In this document: in pieces, positions 41,391-50,756 of the stretch
Position numbering within the stretch: position 1 is the first letter of the stretch
Layout: every line of letters begins with the position of its first letter
Assembly: GCA_049515655.1 (NCBI GenBank)
Contig: JBEKTW010000015.1
Location: 23,320 to 87,319 of the forward strand
Source: Bacteroidota bacterium
GTDB lineage: Bacteria > Bacteroidota > Ignavibacteria > UBA10030 > SZUA-254
DNA length: 64,000 nt
Direction: 5' to 3'
The notes under the pieces: generated by a model
What the model saw: the letters and a program-made list of their open reading frames with translations, nothing else
Told to the model about the DNA's origin: nothing
Databases searched by the model: none
Made by a program: the position numbers and the translations under genes

Positions 41391-42893
41391 ATGTTTAGCA
41401 AGCTCTTTTCATCCCTCGCGAAGAAAATCTTCTTCGCCGTTGGAGCAGCACTCTCCATTTCGGGGGGTATCTTTGTGTACGTTGCCCATCAAACCGGCTA
41501 CATGATGCTCGAATCGCAGGTGCGTGAAAAAGCCCACGATATTGCCACCGTCAGCGAAGCCGTTCTCGCCACTGCGATGACCGAAGAGAAGCACAATCAC
41601 CTACGCGAATTCCTCCAGGCATTGAATTCCTCCCATCAGTTCGCCGACGTGTTCATCCTGCGGCGGGACGGCACGGTGTACTGCGGCACGGATACTCTCC
41701 ATCAGGAGAAAGACTTTTCGCTGGCGCAATTTGGCGATACCGCTCAATGGTCCTCGGAAAGATTTATTTCAAGAACCGAGCAGGGCTCAACCTACGAGTA
41801 CATAGTCACGCCGATCGTCAAATCTCCATCGTGTTACCGGTGCCACACGCTGCCGGAGCCCAACAGAGGTTATCTGACGGTAAAACTTTCGATGGACGAA
41901 GTGCGGGCAACCGCGCTCAAACACCGCGCAACGAACATTCTCATGATCATCGGTACTTTCTTTGGAGTGGGCGGTGTTATCATCATAACTCTTCTTTTTG
42001 TCATTGTCCGGCCGATGAGAAGTATCCATCGGCAGATCAAACATCTCGAGGGTGAGCTGGAAAGCGTGGAACGCGGTGAGCAGGGTCAGTTTTCACAGCT
42101 CCAGGTCCCGTCTTCAAAAGATGAGATTTCGGACCTGATCGTCGCGTTCAACAGACTTACGCGGAGGTTGAACGAGGCTCACGGGAAATTACACGACTTA
42201 CACCAGAAAGAGCTGGAGCATGCCGACAGGCTCGCGAGCACCGGTGTTATGGCCGCGAGTGTTGCGCACGAAATACGAAATCCCGTCGCCGGTGTGCTCG
42301 GGGCACTGCAGGTTTTTGAACACGAGGTTCCCGAAGGAGACGAACGAAAAGAGGTTCTCAAAGAGATGAAACTACAATTGGACCGGGTCAATCAGGCAGT
42401 CAACGATCTCCTGAGTTACGCCCGGCCTACTCCCCCTGTGTACGAGGAATTTTCCATCAACGAGGTGATCCAGAAAACCGTTTCGCTTCTTTCCCGGCAG
42501 CTCAAGGGAAGGCAAATTGACATTCAACTGAGATTGTCGGATAAGAAGGCCGTCATTTCAGCCGACAAGAAACAGGTTCAGCAAGTGTTGTGGAATGTAA
42601 TCCTGAACGCCCTCCAGGCGATGGATACCACCGGCACGCTTATCATCGAATCGTTGCCGGAAGACTCGTTTGTCAAGATCCGTGTCAGCGACACCGGCAA
42701 GGGAATCCCGCTGGAGCTTGCCGACCGTGTGTTTGAACCGTTTTTCACAACGAAGCACAAAGGGACCGGGCTCGGTATGACTATCTCCAAACGCATAATC
42801 GAGCAGCATAAGGGAGCCATTTCAATCGTTAGCCAGGTCAACCAGGGGACAACGGTGACGCTTGTCATGCCGTTGCACGAAGAACATGGGTAA
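41391..42893 (+). CDS. Membrane sensor histidine kinase with periplasmic heme-c motif and HAMP domain
   Basis: 2 TM, CYRCH between them, AHEIRNP H-box; start uncertain (41367/41382/41391). Confidence 0.9.
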   Translation: MFSKLFSSLAKKIFFAVGAALSISGGIFVYVAHQTGYMMLESQVREKAHDIATVSEAVLATAMTEEKHNHLREFLQALNSSHQFADVFILRRDGTVYCGTDTLHQEKDFSLAQFGDTAQWSSERFISRTEQGSTYEYIVTPIVKSPSCYRCHTLPEPNRGYLTVKLSMDEVRATALKHRATNILMIIGTFFGVGGVIIITLLFVIVRPMRSIHRQIKHLEGELESVERGEQGQFSQLQVPSSKDEISDLIVAFNRLTRRLNEAHGKLHDLHQKELEHADRLASTGVMAASVAHEIRNPVAGVLGALQVFEHEVPEGDERKEVLKEMKLQLDRVNQAVNDLLSYARPTPPVYEEFSINEVIQKTVSLLSRQLKGRQIDIQLRLSDKKAVISADKKQVQQVLWNVILNALQAMDTTGTLIIESLPEDSFVKIRVSDTGKGIPLELADRVFEPFFTTKHKGTGLGMTISKRIIEQHKGAISIVSQVNQGTTVTLVMPLHEEHG

Positions 42894-42899
42894 GGAACG

Positions 42900-44270
42900 A
42901 TGCGCGGCGAAACTATCCTCATCGTTGACGACGAAAAACTGATCCGCTGGTCCCTTCAGCAGGAACTCACAAAGGCGGGCTTTAGCGTCTTGAGCGCAGA
43001 AACGACCAAGCAGGGGCTATCGTTGCTCAAAGAGCGTGAACCCGACCTCATGATTCTCGACCAACTTCTCCCCGATGGCACGGGGATTGACGTCCTGCGG
43101 GAAATCAAGAGCTCGGGGGTTGTTCTGCCCGTCATAATGCTTACAGCGATCGACCGGTCCGACATTGCCGTGCAGGCTATGAAGTTGGGCGCAGTCGATT
43201 ACGTGACCAAACCGGTCAACATCGACGAATTGAAAATCGTTATTGAAAGAGAACTCGAAGCGACCAGACTTAAACGGCAGATGGCGCATTTTCTCAGGCA
43301 GCAGGAAAAGAGCTATGGCTTCTGCGGCATGATCGGTTCTTCTCCGCAAATGCAAAAGGTATTCGATACGATCACGAGGATTGCCCAAAGCAGCGGGACA
43401 ACGGTTTTGATCACGGGAGAAAGTGGAACGGGGAAAGAACTAGCCGCCAAAGCCATTCATTTTCTGGGCGCCCGCCGGGACAATCCGTTGATCACGGTGA
43501 ATTTCTCCGCAATGGCCGAAACAATCATTGAGAGTGAGCTGTTCGGACATGAGAAAGGGGCATTCACCGATGCAAGAAATCAGAAAAAAGGGGTTTTTGA
43601 GCTTGCGCACAAGGGAACCATTTTTCTGGATGAAATAGGAGACGTTTCACTGAAAGTTCAGGTGAAACTGCTTCGTGTGCTCGAACAGAAATCGTTCCAG
43701 CGCGTCGGCGGAACTTCGGACATTACCGTGGATGTTCGCATCATCGCTGCGACCAACAGATCTCTTGAATCGCGGCTGGCAGAAGAAAAGTTCCGGGCCG
43801 ATCTCTACTACCGGCTCAACGTGGCGAGTGTTCATCTGCCTCCGCTCCGGGAACGCGGTGAAGATATCGTCCTGTTGGCAGAATATTTCCTTCAGGAATT
43901 TAACACGAAATTCCATAAGGAGTTCAAACGACTTGCCGAGGAAACAAAGGAATTGTTCTCCGGCTATCATTGGCCGGGCAATGTGAGAGAGATGAGGAAT
44001 GTGCTGGAGCGGGCAATTCTGTTGTGGGACGACGACGTCATCCAACCGCACCATATCGAATTTCCACGGCTTCATCAACCCCCCCCGCCGTCGTTTGACC
44101 CGGGACTCGGAGCAGCAGCAGGGAATGTCTCCCTTTATGAGTTGGAGAAACAAGCGCTCATCCAGGCTTTGACAAAAACCAACCAAAACCAGTCTCGAGC
44201 GGCAAAGTTGTTGAAAATCAGCCGTGATACGCTTCGCTACAAGATGAAGAAATATGGCCTACTCACGTAG
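42900..44270 (+). CDS. Sigma54-dependent NtrC-family response regulator
   Basis: REC, GESGTGKE, GAFTDA, WPGNVRE, Fis HTH. Confidence 0.94.
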   Translation: MRGETILIVDDEKLIRWSLQQELTKAGFSVLSAETTKQGLSLLKEREPDLMILDQLLPDGTGIDVLREIKSSGVVLPVIMLTAIDRSDIAVQAMKLGAVDYVTKPVNIDELKIVIERELEATRLKRQMAHFLRQQEKSYGFCGMIGSSPQMQKVFDTITRIAQSSGTTVLITGESGTGKELAAKAIHFLGARRDNPLITVNFSAMAETIIESELFGHEKGAFTDARNQKKGVFELAHKGTIFLDEIGDVSLKVQVKLLRVLEQKSFQRVGGTSDITVDVRIIAATNRSLESRLAEEKFRADLYYRLNVASVHLPPLRERGEDIVLLAEYFLQEFNTKFHKEFKRLAEETKELFSGYHWPGNVREMRNVLERAILLWDDDVIQPHHIEFPRLHQPPPPSFDPGLGAAAGNVSLYELEKQALIQALTKTNQNQSRAAKLLKISRDTLRYKMKKYGLLT

Positions 44271-44410
44271 GCGTTGTCGCGGGCGATACAAGTTCGGACT
44301 GAGTGCGTCAATTCACTCACGATGAACCATCAGCTTCCCTCCCACGTCTCTCCAGTCGAGCTAATTACCTCTTTCTGTTTGTGTGTGCAGACCTTGCTAG
44401 ATTCTCCAAC

Positions 44411-44426
44411 TGGCACAAATCTTGCA
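44411..44426 (+). promoter_or_regulatory. Sigma54 promoter
   Basis: TGGCACAAATCTTGCA, matches TGGCAC-N5-TTGCW. Confidence 0.8.
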
Positions 44427-44457
44427 CTCCATGCAGTTCTGTTTGAATGGACACTGG

Positions 44458-44865
44458 ATGAATCCCCTGACGAAAACCGACAAAAAGGAAAGTTTCCGAA
44501 AAGCAGAACGCGCGATTCTCATCGTTGACGACGAACCGTTGGTGTGCTGGTCATTGAAAAATGCCCTGGAAAGGGCCGGGTTCGAGGTCACGACCACTGA
44601 ATCTGGAGAAGCGGCAATCCAACTGTTGAAAGATTCTTTCTTTGATCTTATCATCACCGACATGAACCTTCCGAGCAGGGATGGTTTTGAGGTTGCCCGG
44701 GCTGGGCTGGGTGGGCCCAAGCAGGTCCCTGTCATCATGGTTACCGCCTATGGGGATGAGTCAGCACGAGAGAGAGCTGAAAGGATGGGCGTAAGTTACG
44801 TTGTTGACAAACCTTTCGATCTGAGTGAGATGGTTAATCTGGCGAGGCAGCTCATCTGTAGTTGA
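44458..44865 (+). CDS. Stand-alone response regulator receiver protein
   Basis: ILIVDDE, ITDMNLP, VTAYG, KPFD; start placed downstream of the sigma54 promoter. Confidence 0.85.
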   Translation: MNPLTKTDKKESFRKAERAILIVDDEPLVCWSLKNALERAGFEVTTTESGEAAIQLLKDSFFDLIITDMNLPSRDGFEVARAGLGGPKQVPVIMVTAYGDESARERAERMGVSYVVDKPFDLSEMVNLARQLICS

Positions 44866-45043
44866 GACGCATCTGCTGGGAGTTGTGCGCAAGGGATTTG
44901 TGAGACAACACCCACACTGCGCCATTTCACCCACTCCAAGTGCATAACTGATAATGCATTTCATCGATGCCGTTTCAGGTGACGCTTTTCTCTGAAAAAC
45001 GGCAAAAAACCTCAATTAAAGCCCCAAGAACTGATCGCCTTTG

Positions 45044-45059
45044 TGGCACAAGGCTTGCA
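45044..45059 (+). promoter_or_regulatory. Sigma54 promoter
   Basis: TGGCACAAGGCTTGCA, 57 nt upstream of ATG with SD aaaggag. Confidence 0.8.
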
Positions 45060-45115
45060 CATGATTCGCATAGTTGAATTTCCCATACAACAATTACAAA
45101 CAAAGGAGACATAGT

Positions 45116-47878
45116 ATGAAGCAATCAACTACAGTTTTTCTTGTAGGATTGCTGATTTTTGCTGTTACTGGCACTGCGATGGCGACAGTTCCGACGGCAA
45201 GAATAGTGATCAGGGCTGCCTCAACGGGGCTGATCGCAAGCCATCCGAGCGAATTCAATGCAATATCGGACGGCTTGCCGAATGTCGGCCGTGGCAGCAG
45301 GGTGTGGCTTGAAGCGGCTGCCTTGGAAGGCACTGTCCCGAGCACACTCCATTACGACACGCTGACTGGCGCAACGTGGCGAGTCATCTCTGCCCCCGCC
45401 CACTCGGTTGCAACTATTCGGGCGACGGATACGGCTAATGGCTTAAAAGGCTTTACGGCGATGTTCGTTCCCGATTCATTAGGTCAATATCAAATCGGCT
45501 TGACCGTTACCACGTTGAATGGCACAAGCGCTGAAGTGACGGAGTACATTAACTCCGCAAATTATGTAGGCGTTGGGACAATCATCGGCAATTCGCCAAC
45601 CGCTCCGGAGTGCGGCGCTTGTCATAATGGAAACGTGGTGGCAGACAAAGTGACACCGTGGCAAGGAACAGCGCATGCGACGATGTTTTCGAACAGCATT
45701 GATGGGAAGAATGGGGCCTACATGAGTTTCTGCATTTCGTGTCACACGACGGGGTACAACGCCACTCCAACGGCCGTGAATAATGGCTTCGATGATCGCG
45801 CCACAGCCTATGGTTGGCATTTCCCCGACACGATAAAGGCCGGCAACTGGGATTATATGAAGGCCAACTATCCGGAAGTTGCAAAGTTGGCGAATATCCA
45901 GTGCGAAGACTGCCATGGACCTGGAAGTTTACACCTCGGTGCAATGAACAAGAATCAAATCGCAGTGAGTTGGTCGTCTGAGATGTGCGGACACTGCCAT
46001 GATGCCCCGCCGCATCACACGAAGAACGAGCAATGGAATATGACGGCCCATGCTATCTCCACGGAGGAGGGCGTGGACATTGAGGCCATGAATCGTGCCC
46101 CTTGTGCCCAATGCCACACTTCACAGGGTTTCGTCGATGTGACAATCGACGGCAACACTGATGCAGCACCGTATACGAATGTTCAGCCGGTCGGCTGCAT
46201 TGGCTGTCATGATCCCCATGACGCATCCCATCCAGCGCAACTCCGTCGCGCATCTCTGGCAGACGCGTGCACCGGATGCCACCTGACGCGCATCAGCTCT
46301 CGCGGTTTACATAGTAATACTCAGGGACCTATGCTTGCAGGAGCGAGTGCTATACCGTACAACGGGCAGGGTGGCATCGCCGGCGGAATCGATAACTGGA
46401 GTGGATGGCAGCTTGCCGGATACATGTATCCCAATTCCGCGCACTCGAGCATCACCGACAAATGCGTCACATGTCACATGGCAACGGTTCCGGCAGATTC
46501 TCTGGTAGGTAAGCTCGGCGACCATTCATTCAAAGTTGCCTACGACCAGGACAGCACGCACACGATCTTTAACACAAACGGTTGTGTGTGCCATGGTACC
46601 GGTGGAGTTGCCCCGGTCACCCAGACCTACGTCGAGCAGAGTCAGGCCAAAATAAATGCCCTTCTTGATACGCTTGCGACGTTGTTGCCTCAAAAGAGCG
46701 GTGTCGTTCGCAGTCACAATGATACATCGTATCACGCATGGACACCGTTAAAGATTGCAGGAGCGTATAATTACTATTTCGTTAACAACGATGGTAGCTT
46801 TGGCGTTCACAACCATAATTACGCAACAGCATTGCTAACCTCGTCTATCGAGCAGTTGAGACTTGTCGCCGGTGCAGCGACTATTGCCTCCATCAAAGAT
46901 GTTCCGAACGATCAGGGAAAACAGGTTCAGATTGTTTGGAATATATTCCCGACGGAACAGAGCAGCATTGATCCCGTGACACAGTATGGTGTTTGGAGAC
47001 AAGACGCTCTCTCTAGCTCAAACGTGTCAACAGTGAAATTCCATTCTTTCAGAGAGATGCTGTCCAAAGGAACGGTCGGTTCACGGTATGCCGTCAACGG
47101 ATATGTGTGGACGTATGTCGGTTATGTGCCTGCTGCCAAGCAGAGCATGTATTCCTTTGTTGCACCGACACTGTTTGATTCAACGATCAGCGCGGGCATG
47201 AAGTGGACATACTTCTATGTGACTGGATTAACCAACAACGGTGTTGTGTATAGTACGATGCCGGACAGCGGTTATTCGGTCGACAACTTGGCTCCAGCGC
47301 CACCCAGCGGAATCGGTGCACGGATCATTGCAAATACCGTCCACCTTGGGTGGAGGATATCGTTAGATCAGGACTTCAAGTACTTTGCGGTCTACCGGGG
47401 AACATCTCCCGATTTCAACCCGCATGGAACAAGTCCGCTGGCGACGACATCCGACACATCCTACGTTGATCAGAATGTTTCAGCCGGTGCGACGTATTAC
47501 TATAAACTATCTGCATTTGACTTCTCGGGTAATGAGAGCCAATATTCACCCGCTCTGACGGTAGTCGTGCTTGGTGTTGGCGAGAATAACGGCGCTCCAA
47601 GGGAGTACGCCCTTGCTCAAAACTATCCGAATCCGTTTAACCCATGGACTGAGATCAGATATCAACTTCCTGAAGTCGCTCACGTGAAAATCACAGTGTA
47701 CAACACACTCGGTGTGCAAGTTGCTACGCTGGTCGACAGGAACGAAGAAGTCGGCTATTATACCGTCACATGGGACGGGAATGACAATCGGGGTAATGTT
47801 GTTGCAAGCGGCATTTACCTCTATAAGATGGAAGCCGGTTCGTACTCGGTAGCGAAGAAGATGATCTTCATGAAGTAA
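45116..47878 (+). CDS. Multiheme cytochrome c (8 CxxCH + 1 CxCH) with Ig/FN3-like domains and T9SS type-A C-terminal sorting domain
   Basis: Signal peptide, heme region ending DGSFGVHN, DNLAPAPP..YYYKLSAFD, QNYPNPFNP..VASGIYLYKM..KKMIFMK. Confidence 0.9.
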   Translation: MKQSTTVFLVGLLIFAVTGTAMATVPTARIVIRAASTGLIASHPSEFNAISDGLPNVGRGSRVWLEAAALEGTVPSTLHYDTLTGATWRVISAPAHSVATIRATDTANGLKGFTAMFVPDSLGQYQIGLTVTTLNGTSAEVTEYINSANYVGVGTIIGNSPTAPECGACHNGNVVADKVTPWQGTAHATMFSNSIDGKNGAYMSFCISCHTTGYNATPTAVNNGFDDRATAYGWHFPDTIKAGNWDYMKANYPEVAKLANIQCEDCHGPGSLHLGAMNKNQIAVSWSSEMCGHCHDAPPHHTKNEQWNMTAHAISTEEGVDIEAMNRAPCAQCHTSQGFVDVTIDGNTDAAPYTNVQPVGCIGCHDPHDASHPAQLRRASLADACTGCHLTRISSRGLHSNTQGPMLAGASAIPYNGQGGIAGGIDNWSGWQLAGYMYPNSAHSSITDKCVTCHMATVPADSLVGKLGDHSFKVAYDQDSTHTIFNTNGCVCHGTGGVAPVTQTYVEQSQAKINALLDTLATLLPQKSGVVRSHNDTSYHAWTPLKIAGAYNYYFVNNDGSFGVHNHNYATALLTSSIEQLRLVAGAATIASIKDVPNDQGKQVQIVWNIFPTEQSSIDPVTQYGVWRQDALSSSNVSTVKFHSFREMLSKGTVGSRYAVNGYVWTYVGYVPAAKQSMYSFVAPTLFDSTISAGMKWTYFYVTGLTNNGVVYSTMPDSGYSVDNLAPAPPSGIGARIIANTVHLGWRISLDQDFKYFAVYRGTSPDFNPHGTSPLATTSDTSYVDQNVSAGATYYYKLSAFDFSGNESQYSPALTVVVLGVGENNGAPREYALAQNYPNPFNPWTEIRYQLPEVAHVKITVYNTLGVQVATLVDRNEEVGYYTVTWDGNDNRGNVVASGIYLYKMEAGSYSVAKKMIFMK

Positions 47879-47906
47879 TTCTTCAACAGAACCGGTAGAT
47901 TAACCG

Positions 47907-47942
47907 CAAGGCGTGGGTCAGTTCACGACTGCCCACGCCTTG
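47907..47942 (+). terminator. Hairpin, probable terminator or mRNA-stabilising stem
   Basis: caaggcgtggg ... cccacgccttg followed by attattt. Confidence 0.6.
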
Positions 47943-48100
47943 ATTATTTCGATAAGGGCGGAGATGTACTCATTATTCAAATTTTACGAAATGGAACCGA
48001 ATGACCGAGAAGAAAATAGTCCTTTCCTGCCGGGACTGGAAGCTTGCTCCTTGTGGAGGAATTTGCTAGATTCTCAGGCTAACGCATATTGTTGGAAGAT

Positions 48101-50119
48101 ATGAGATTCCTGGTCATTTCATTTTTCTGCTGCTCTCTTTTTGTCGCTTCTGCGGAAGCTCAGCAACGATCCGGCGGATATCTCCAGCAGGAGAAGAGTC
48201 TGATGGACGCCGAAGCTCGGCGCCACCAAGTGCTTACTCCACAAAACACAGTTGCAAGCCTCGCCGGCGATTCTTACGATGTCACCTACTACCGCCTCAA
48301 TCTGCGAATGGCGGCAGGTCATTCGATTTCCGCTGGTCTTTGGGGTGAGGTAACCGTATCCGCTTTTGTGAGTCACGCCAGCCTTGATACATTCGTCCTG
48401 GATCTGATGAAACCGATGACAGTGGATTCAGTGAGAGTTGAGGGGGTTCCCTCATCGTTTGAGCAGGATCCTGTTTCTGTTCGAATCGCACTTGGCCGCG
48501 GTTACGGTCCCGGCGAGCGGGTCACGGTCGATGTCTTTTATGAAGGCATTCCTCATCCGACGGAATTTGGGAGCTTTGAGATCGACACGGGTCGGACACC
48601 CGCTTGGATCTGGTCGCTCAGCGAACCCTACGGCGCGAGAGATTGGTGGCCGTGCAAGAATTCTCCCGGCGATAAAGCGGACTCCGCAGACATTATCGTA
48701 ACCTGCGATTCGACATTCAAGGTCGGTTCCAACGGTAAGCTCATTTCCGTTCTGAACAACGAAGACGGGACATCAACCTGGCACTGGGCAGAACGATACC
48801 CGATCTCTTCCTATCTTATTTCGGTAGCGCTCACGAATTTTGCTTCCTTTTCAAACTGGTTTAAATATTCGCCGACCGATTCGATGGAAATACTGAATTT
48901 CGTTCTGCCTGAAGATCTGTCGCAGGCCCGGGCAAATCTTCCTAGAACGGTTGACATGCTTACGATCTATTCGAGACTGTTCGGCTTGTATCCATTCATC
49001 AAAGAGAAGTACGGACACTCGGAGTTTGGATGGGGCGGGGGGATGGAACACCAGACAATGACTTCCGTCTCCGCCAGCGGTTTCGGAGAATACGTTATAT
49101 CCCATGAGCTGGCACATCAATGGTTCGGAGATATGATTACCTGCCGGACCTGGTCCGACATCTGGCTGCATGAAGGCTTCGCAGTGTATTGCACCGCGCT
49201 TTATTATGAAAAGGAATACGGCGTCGATTCATACCGGGGATTTATGGAAGACGAGATGTCCGGGGCAAAAAGCGGGGTGGGAACGATTTTCGTACAAGAC
49301 ACAACCTCGGTGGGCAATATCTTCAACGGCAACCTCGAGTACCAGAAAGGTGCAGCGGTTCTGCACATGTTGAGGCATATCCTTGGAGACAGCACGTTTT
49401 TTCATGCGATGTATAACTATGCGAATACTCCGGCATTGAGGTATTCCACTGCGATGACGGAGGATTTCAAGGCGGCGTGTGAAAATGTCTCCGGCAAGAA
49501 CCTCGATTATTTTTTCAACGAATGGATCTACGGTGAGAACTATCCACAGTACACGTACTCCTGGTCTTCACACCCCTCTTCGGATAGTTACACCGTGACA
49601 GTGCGCGTCCGTCAAGGCACCGGAACGGCAAATCCCCCTTTTTTCACAATGCCGGTTGATTTGAAGTTCACGTCTTCCGGCTGGGATACCGTCGTAACGG
49701 TGTTCAATGATTCTCAACAGCAATCGTTCACGGTGGGGATTTCGCATGATCCGACGTCGGTTCTTCTTGACAACGACGGCTGGATCCTGAAGGATGCGGC
49801 CCTCGTGCCGGACGGTGTGTTGAGACCCGCTCCGGTAGTTTCGAACTTTTCACTGGAACAGAATTATCCGAATCCGTTTAATCCTTCAACGGTCATTTGC
49901 TACCAAATTCCAAAGGCAACGCGGGTTACTATCATCATTTATGACCTGCTCGGTGCGGAAGTGGCGATGCTCGTCGACGGCCATCAGGAATCCGGAGACC
50001 ATTCGGTTATCTGGAACGGCGTGGATCGGTTCGGTCATCAGGTTGCCAGCGGAATTTACTTGTATAAGATTGAAGCGGGCACAATTCAGTCAGCGAAGAA
50101 AATGGTATATCTCAGGTAG
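48101..50119 (+). CDS. M1-family zinc aminopeptidase with T9SS C-terminal sorting domain
   Basis: GGMEH, HELAHQW..WLHEG, QNYPNPFNP CTD; TTGCTC-17-TAGATT promoter at 48044-48072. Confidence 0.92.
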   Translation: MRFLVISFFCCSLFVASAEAQQRSGGYLQQEKSLMDAEARRHQVLTPQNTVASLAGDSYDVTYYRLNLRMAAGHSISAGLWGEVTVSAFVSHASLDTFVLDLMKPMTVDSVRVEGVPSSFEQDPVSVRIALGRGYGPGERVTVDVFYEGIPHPTEFGSFEIDTGRTPAWIWSLSEPYGARDWWPCKNSPGDKADSADIIVTCDSTFKVGSNGKLISVLNNEDGTSTWHWAERYPISSYLISVALTNFASFSNWFKYSPTDSMEILNFVLPEDLSQARANLPRTVDMLTIYSRLFGLYPFIKEKYGHSEFGWGGGMEHQTMTSVSASGFGEYVISHELAHQWFGDMITCRTWSDIWLHEGFAVYCTALYYEKEYGVDSYRGFMEDEMSGAKSGVGTIFVQDTTSVGNIFNGNLEYQKGAAVLHMLRHILGDSTFFHAMYNYANTPALRYSTAMTEDFKAACENVSGKNLDYFFNEWIYGENYPQYTYSWSSHPSSDSYTVTVRVRQGTGTANPPFFTMPVDLKFTSSGWDTVVTVFNDSQQQSFTVGISHDPTSVLLDNDGWILKDAALVPDGVLRPAPVVSNFSLEQNYPNPFNPSTVICYQIPKATRVTIIIYDLLGAEVAMLVDGHQESGDHSVIWNGVDRFGHQVASGIYLYKIEAGTIQSAKKMVYLR

Positions 50120-50212
50120 CCGGATGTGCGCCGTGACCGATGTTTGATTTTATGGCGGAAGTTTACGATATTCATCAGAACCATCGTTGAAGAATAACAA
50201 AAAGGAGATTCA

Positions 50213-50347
50213 ATGTACGAATTCATGACGCAGAACCCGTTGTACATCGTCCTGCTCATTGTTCTCATTTGCTGGTTGGGAATTTTCACGTACCTTGTAC
50301 GTATCGACAAGAAGATTACACGACTTGAACAACGCATGAAAGAATAA
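50213..50347 (+). CDS. ccmD: CcmD-family heme exporter small subunit (44 aa)
   Basis: MYEFMTQNPLYIVLLIVLICWLGIFTYLVRIDKKITRLEQRMKE; single TM plus charged tail; SD aaaggag; directly upstream of ccmE; below the ORF-track cutoff. Confidence 0.8.
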   Translation: MYEFMTQNPLYIVLLIVLICWLGIFTYLVRIDKKITRLEQRMKE

Positions 50348-50356
50348 GGTGAACCG

Positions 50357-50746
50357 ATGAAAAGCAAAATCATTACCGCGAGTGTGGTTATCGTTGCGGC
50401 TCTGGTGTTCGGCGCACTCTCATTCGTGGAAAGCAATGTTGAGTACACGGACATGCAGACGGCAATGTCTTCGCACAAAAGGGTGCAGGTAAAAGGTGCA
50501 TGGGTGAGGGAAAAGGAATCGACGTTTGACGCCGACAAAGGCCAATTTGTGTTCTTCATGAAAGACGATAACGGCCAGGAAACGAAGGTCGTCTTTGATG
50601 GAGCAAAGCCGAACAATTTTGAGATCGCCAATGCGATTGTCGTGAAGGGACGCTATCAGGATGGGTATTTTCACGCGAGCGACATTCTGACGAAGTGTCC
50701 ATCGAAGTACGAGGCCAATTCAGATACAGTAAAGAAAACTCTCTAA
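50357..50746 (+). CDS. ccmE: Heme chaperone CcmE, CxxxY variant
   Basis: N-terminal TM, FHASDILTKCPSKY. Confidence 0.9.
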   Translation: MKSKIITASVVIVAALVFGALSFVESNVEYTDMQTAMSSHKRVQVKGAWVREKESTFDADKGQFVFFMKDDNGQETKVVFDGAKPNNFEIANAIVVKGRYQDGYFHASDILTKCPSKYEANSDTVKKTL

Positions 50747-50756
50747 GACCATCACG

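Noticed and set aside
45116-47878. NrfA-type ammonia-forming nitrite reductase
   Set aside because: No CxxCK catalytic motif seen; CTD and Ig-like domains point to an extracellular role
41299-50172. Shared string CGGAAGTTTAC(T)GATATT at 41299 and 50156
   Set aside because: Only two copies, overlapping a probable -10 element; could be chance
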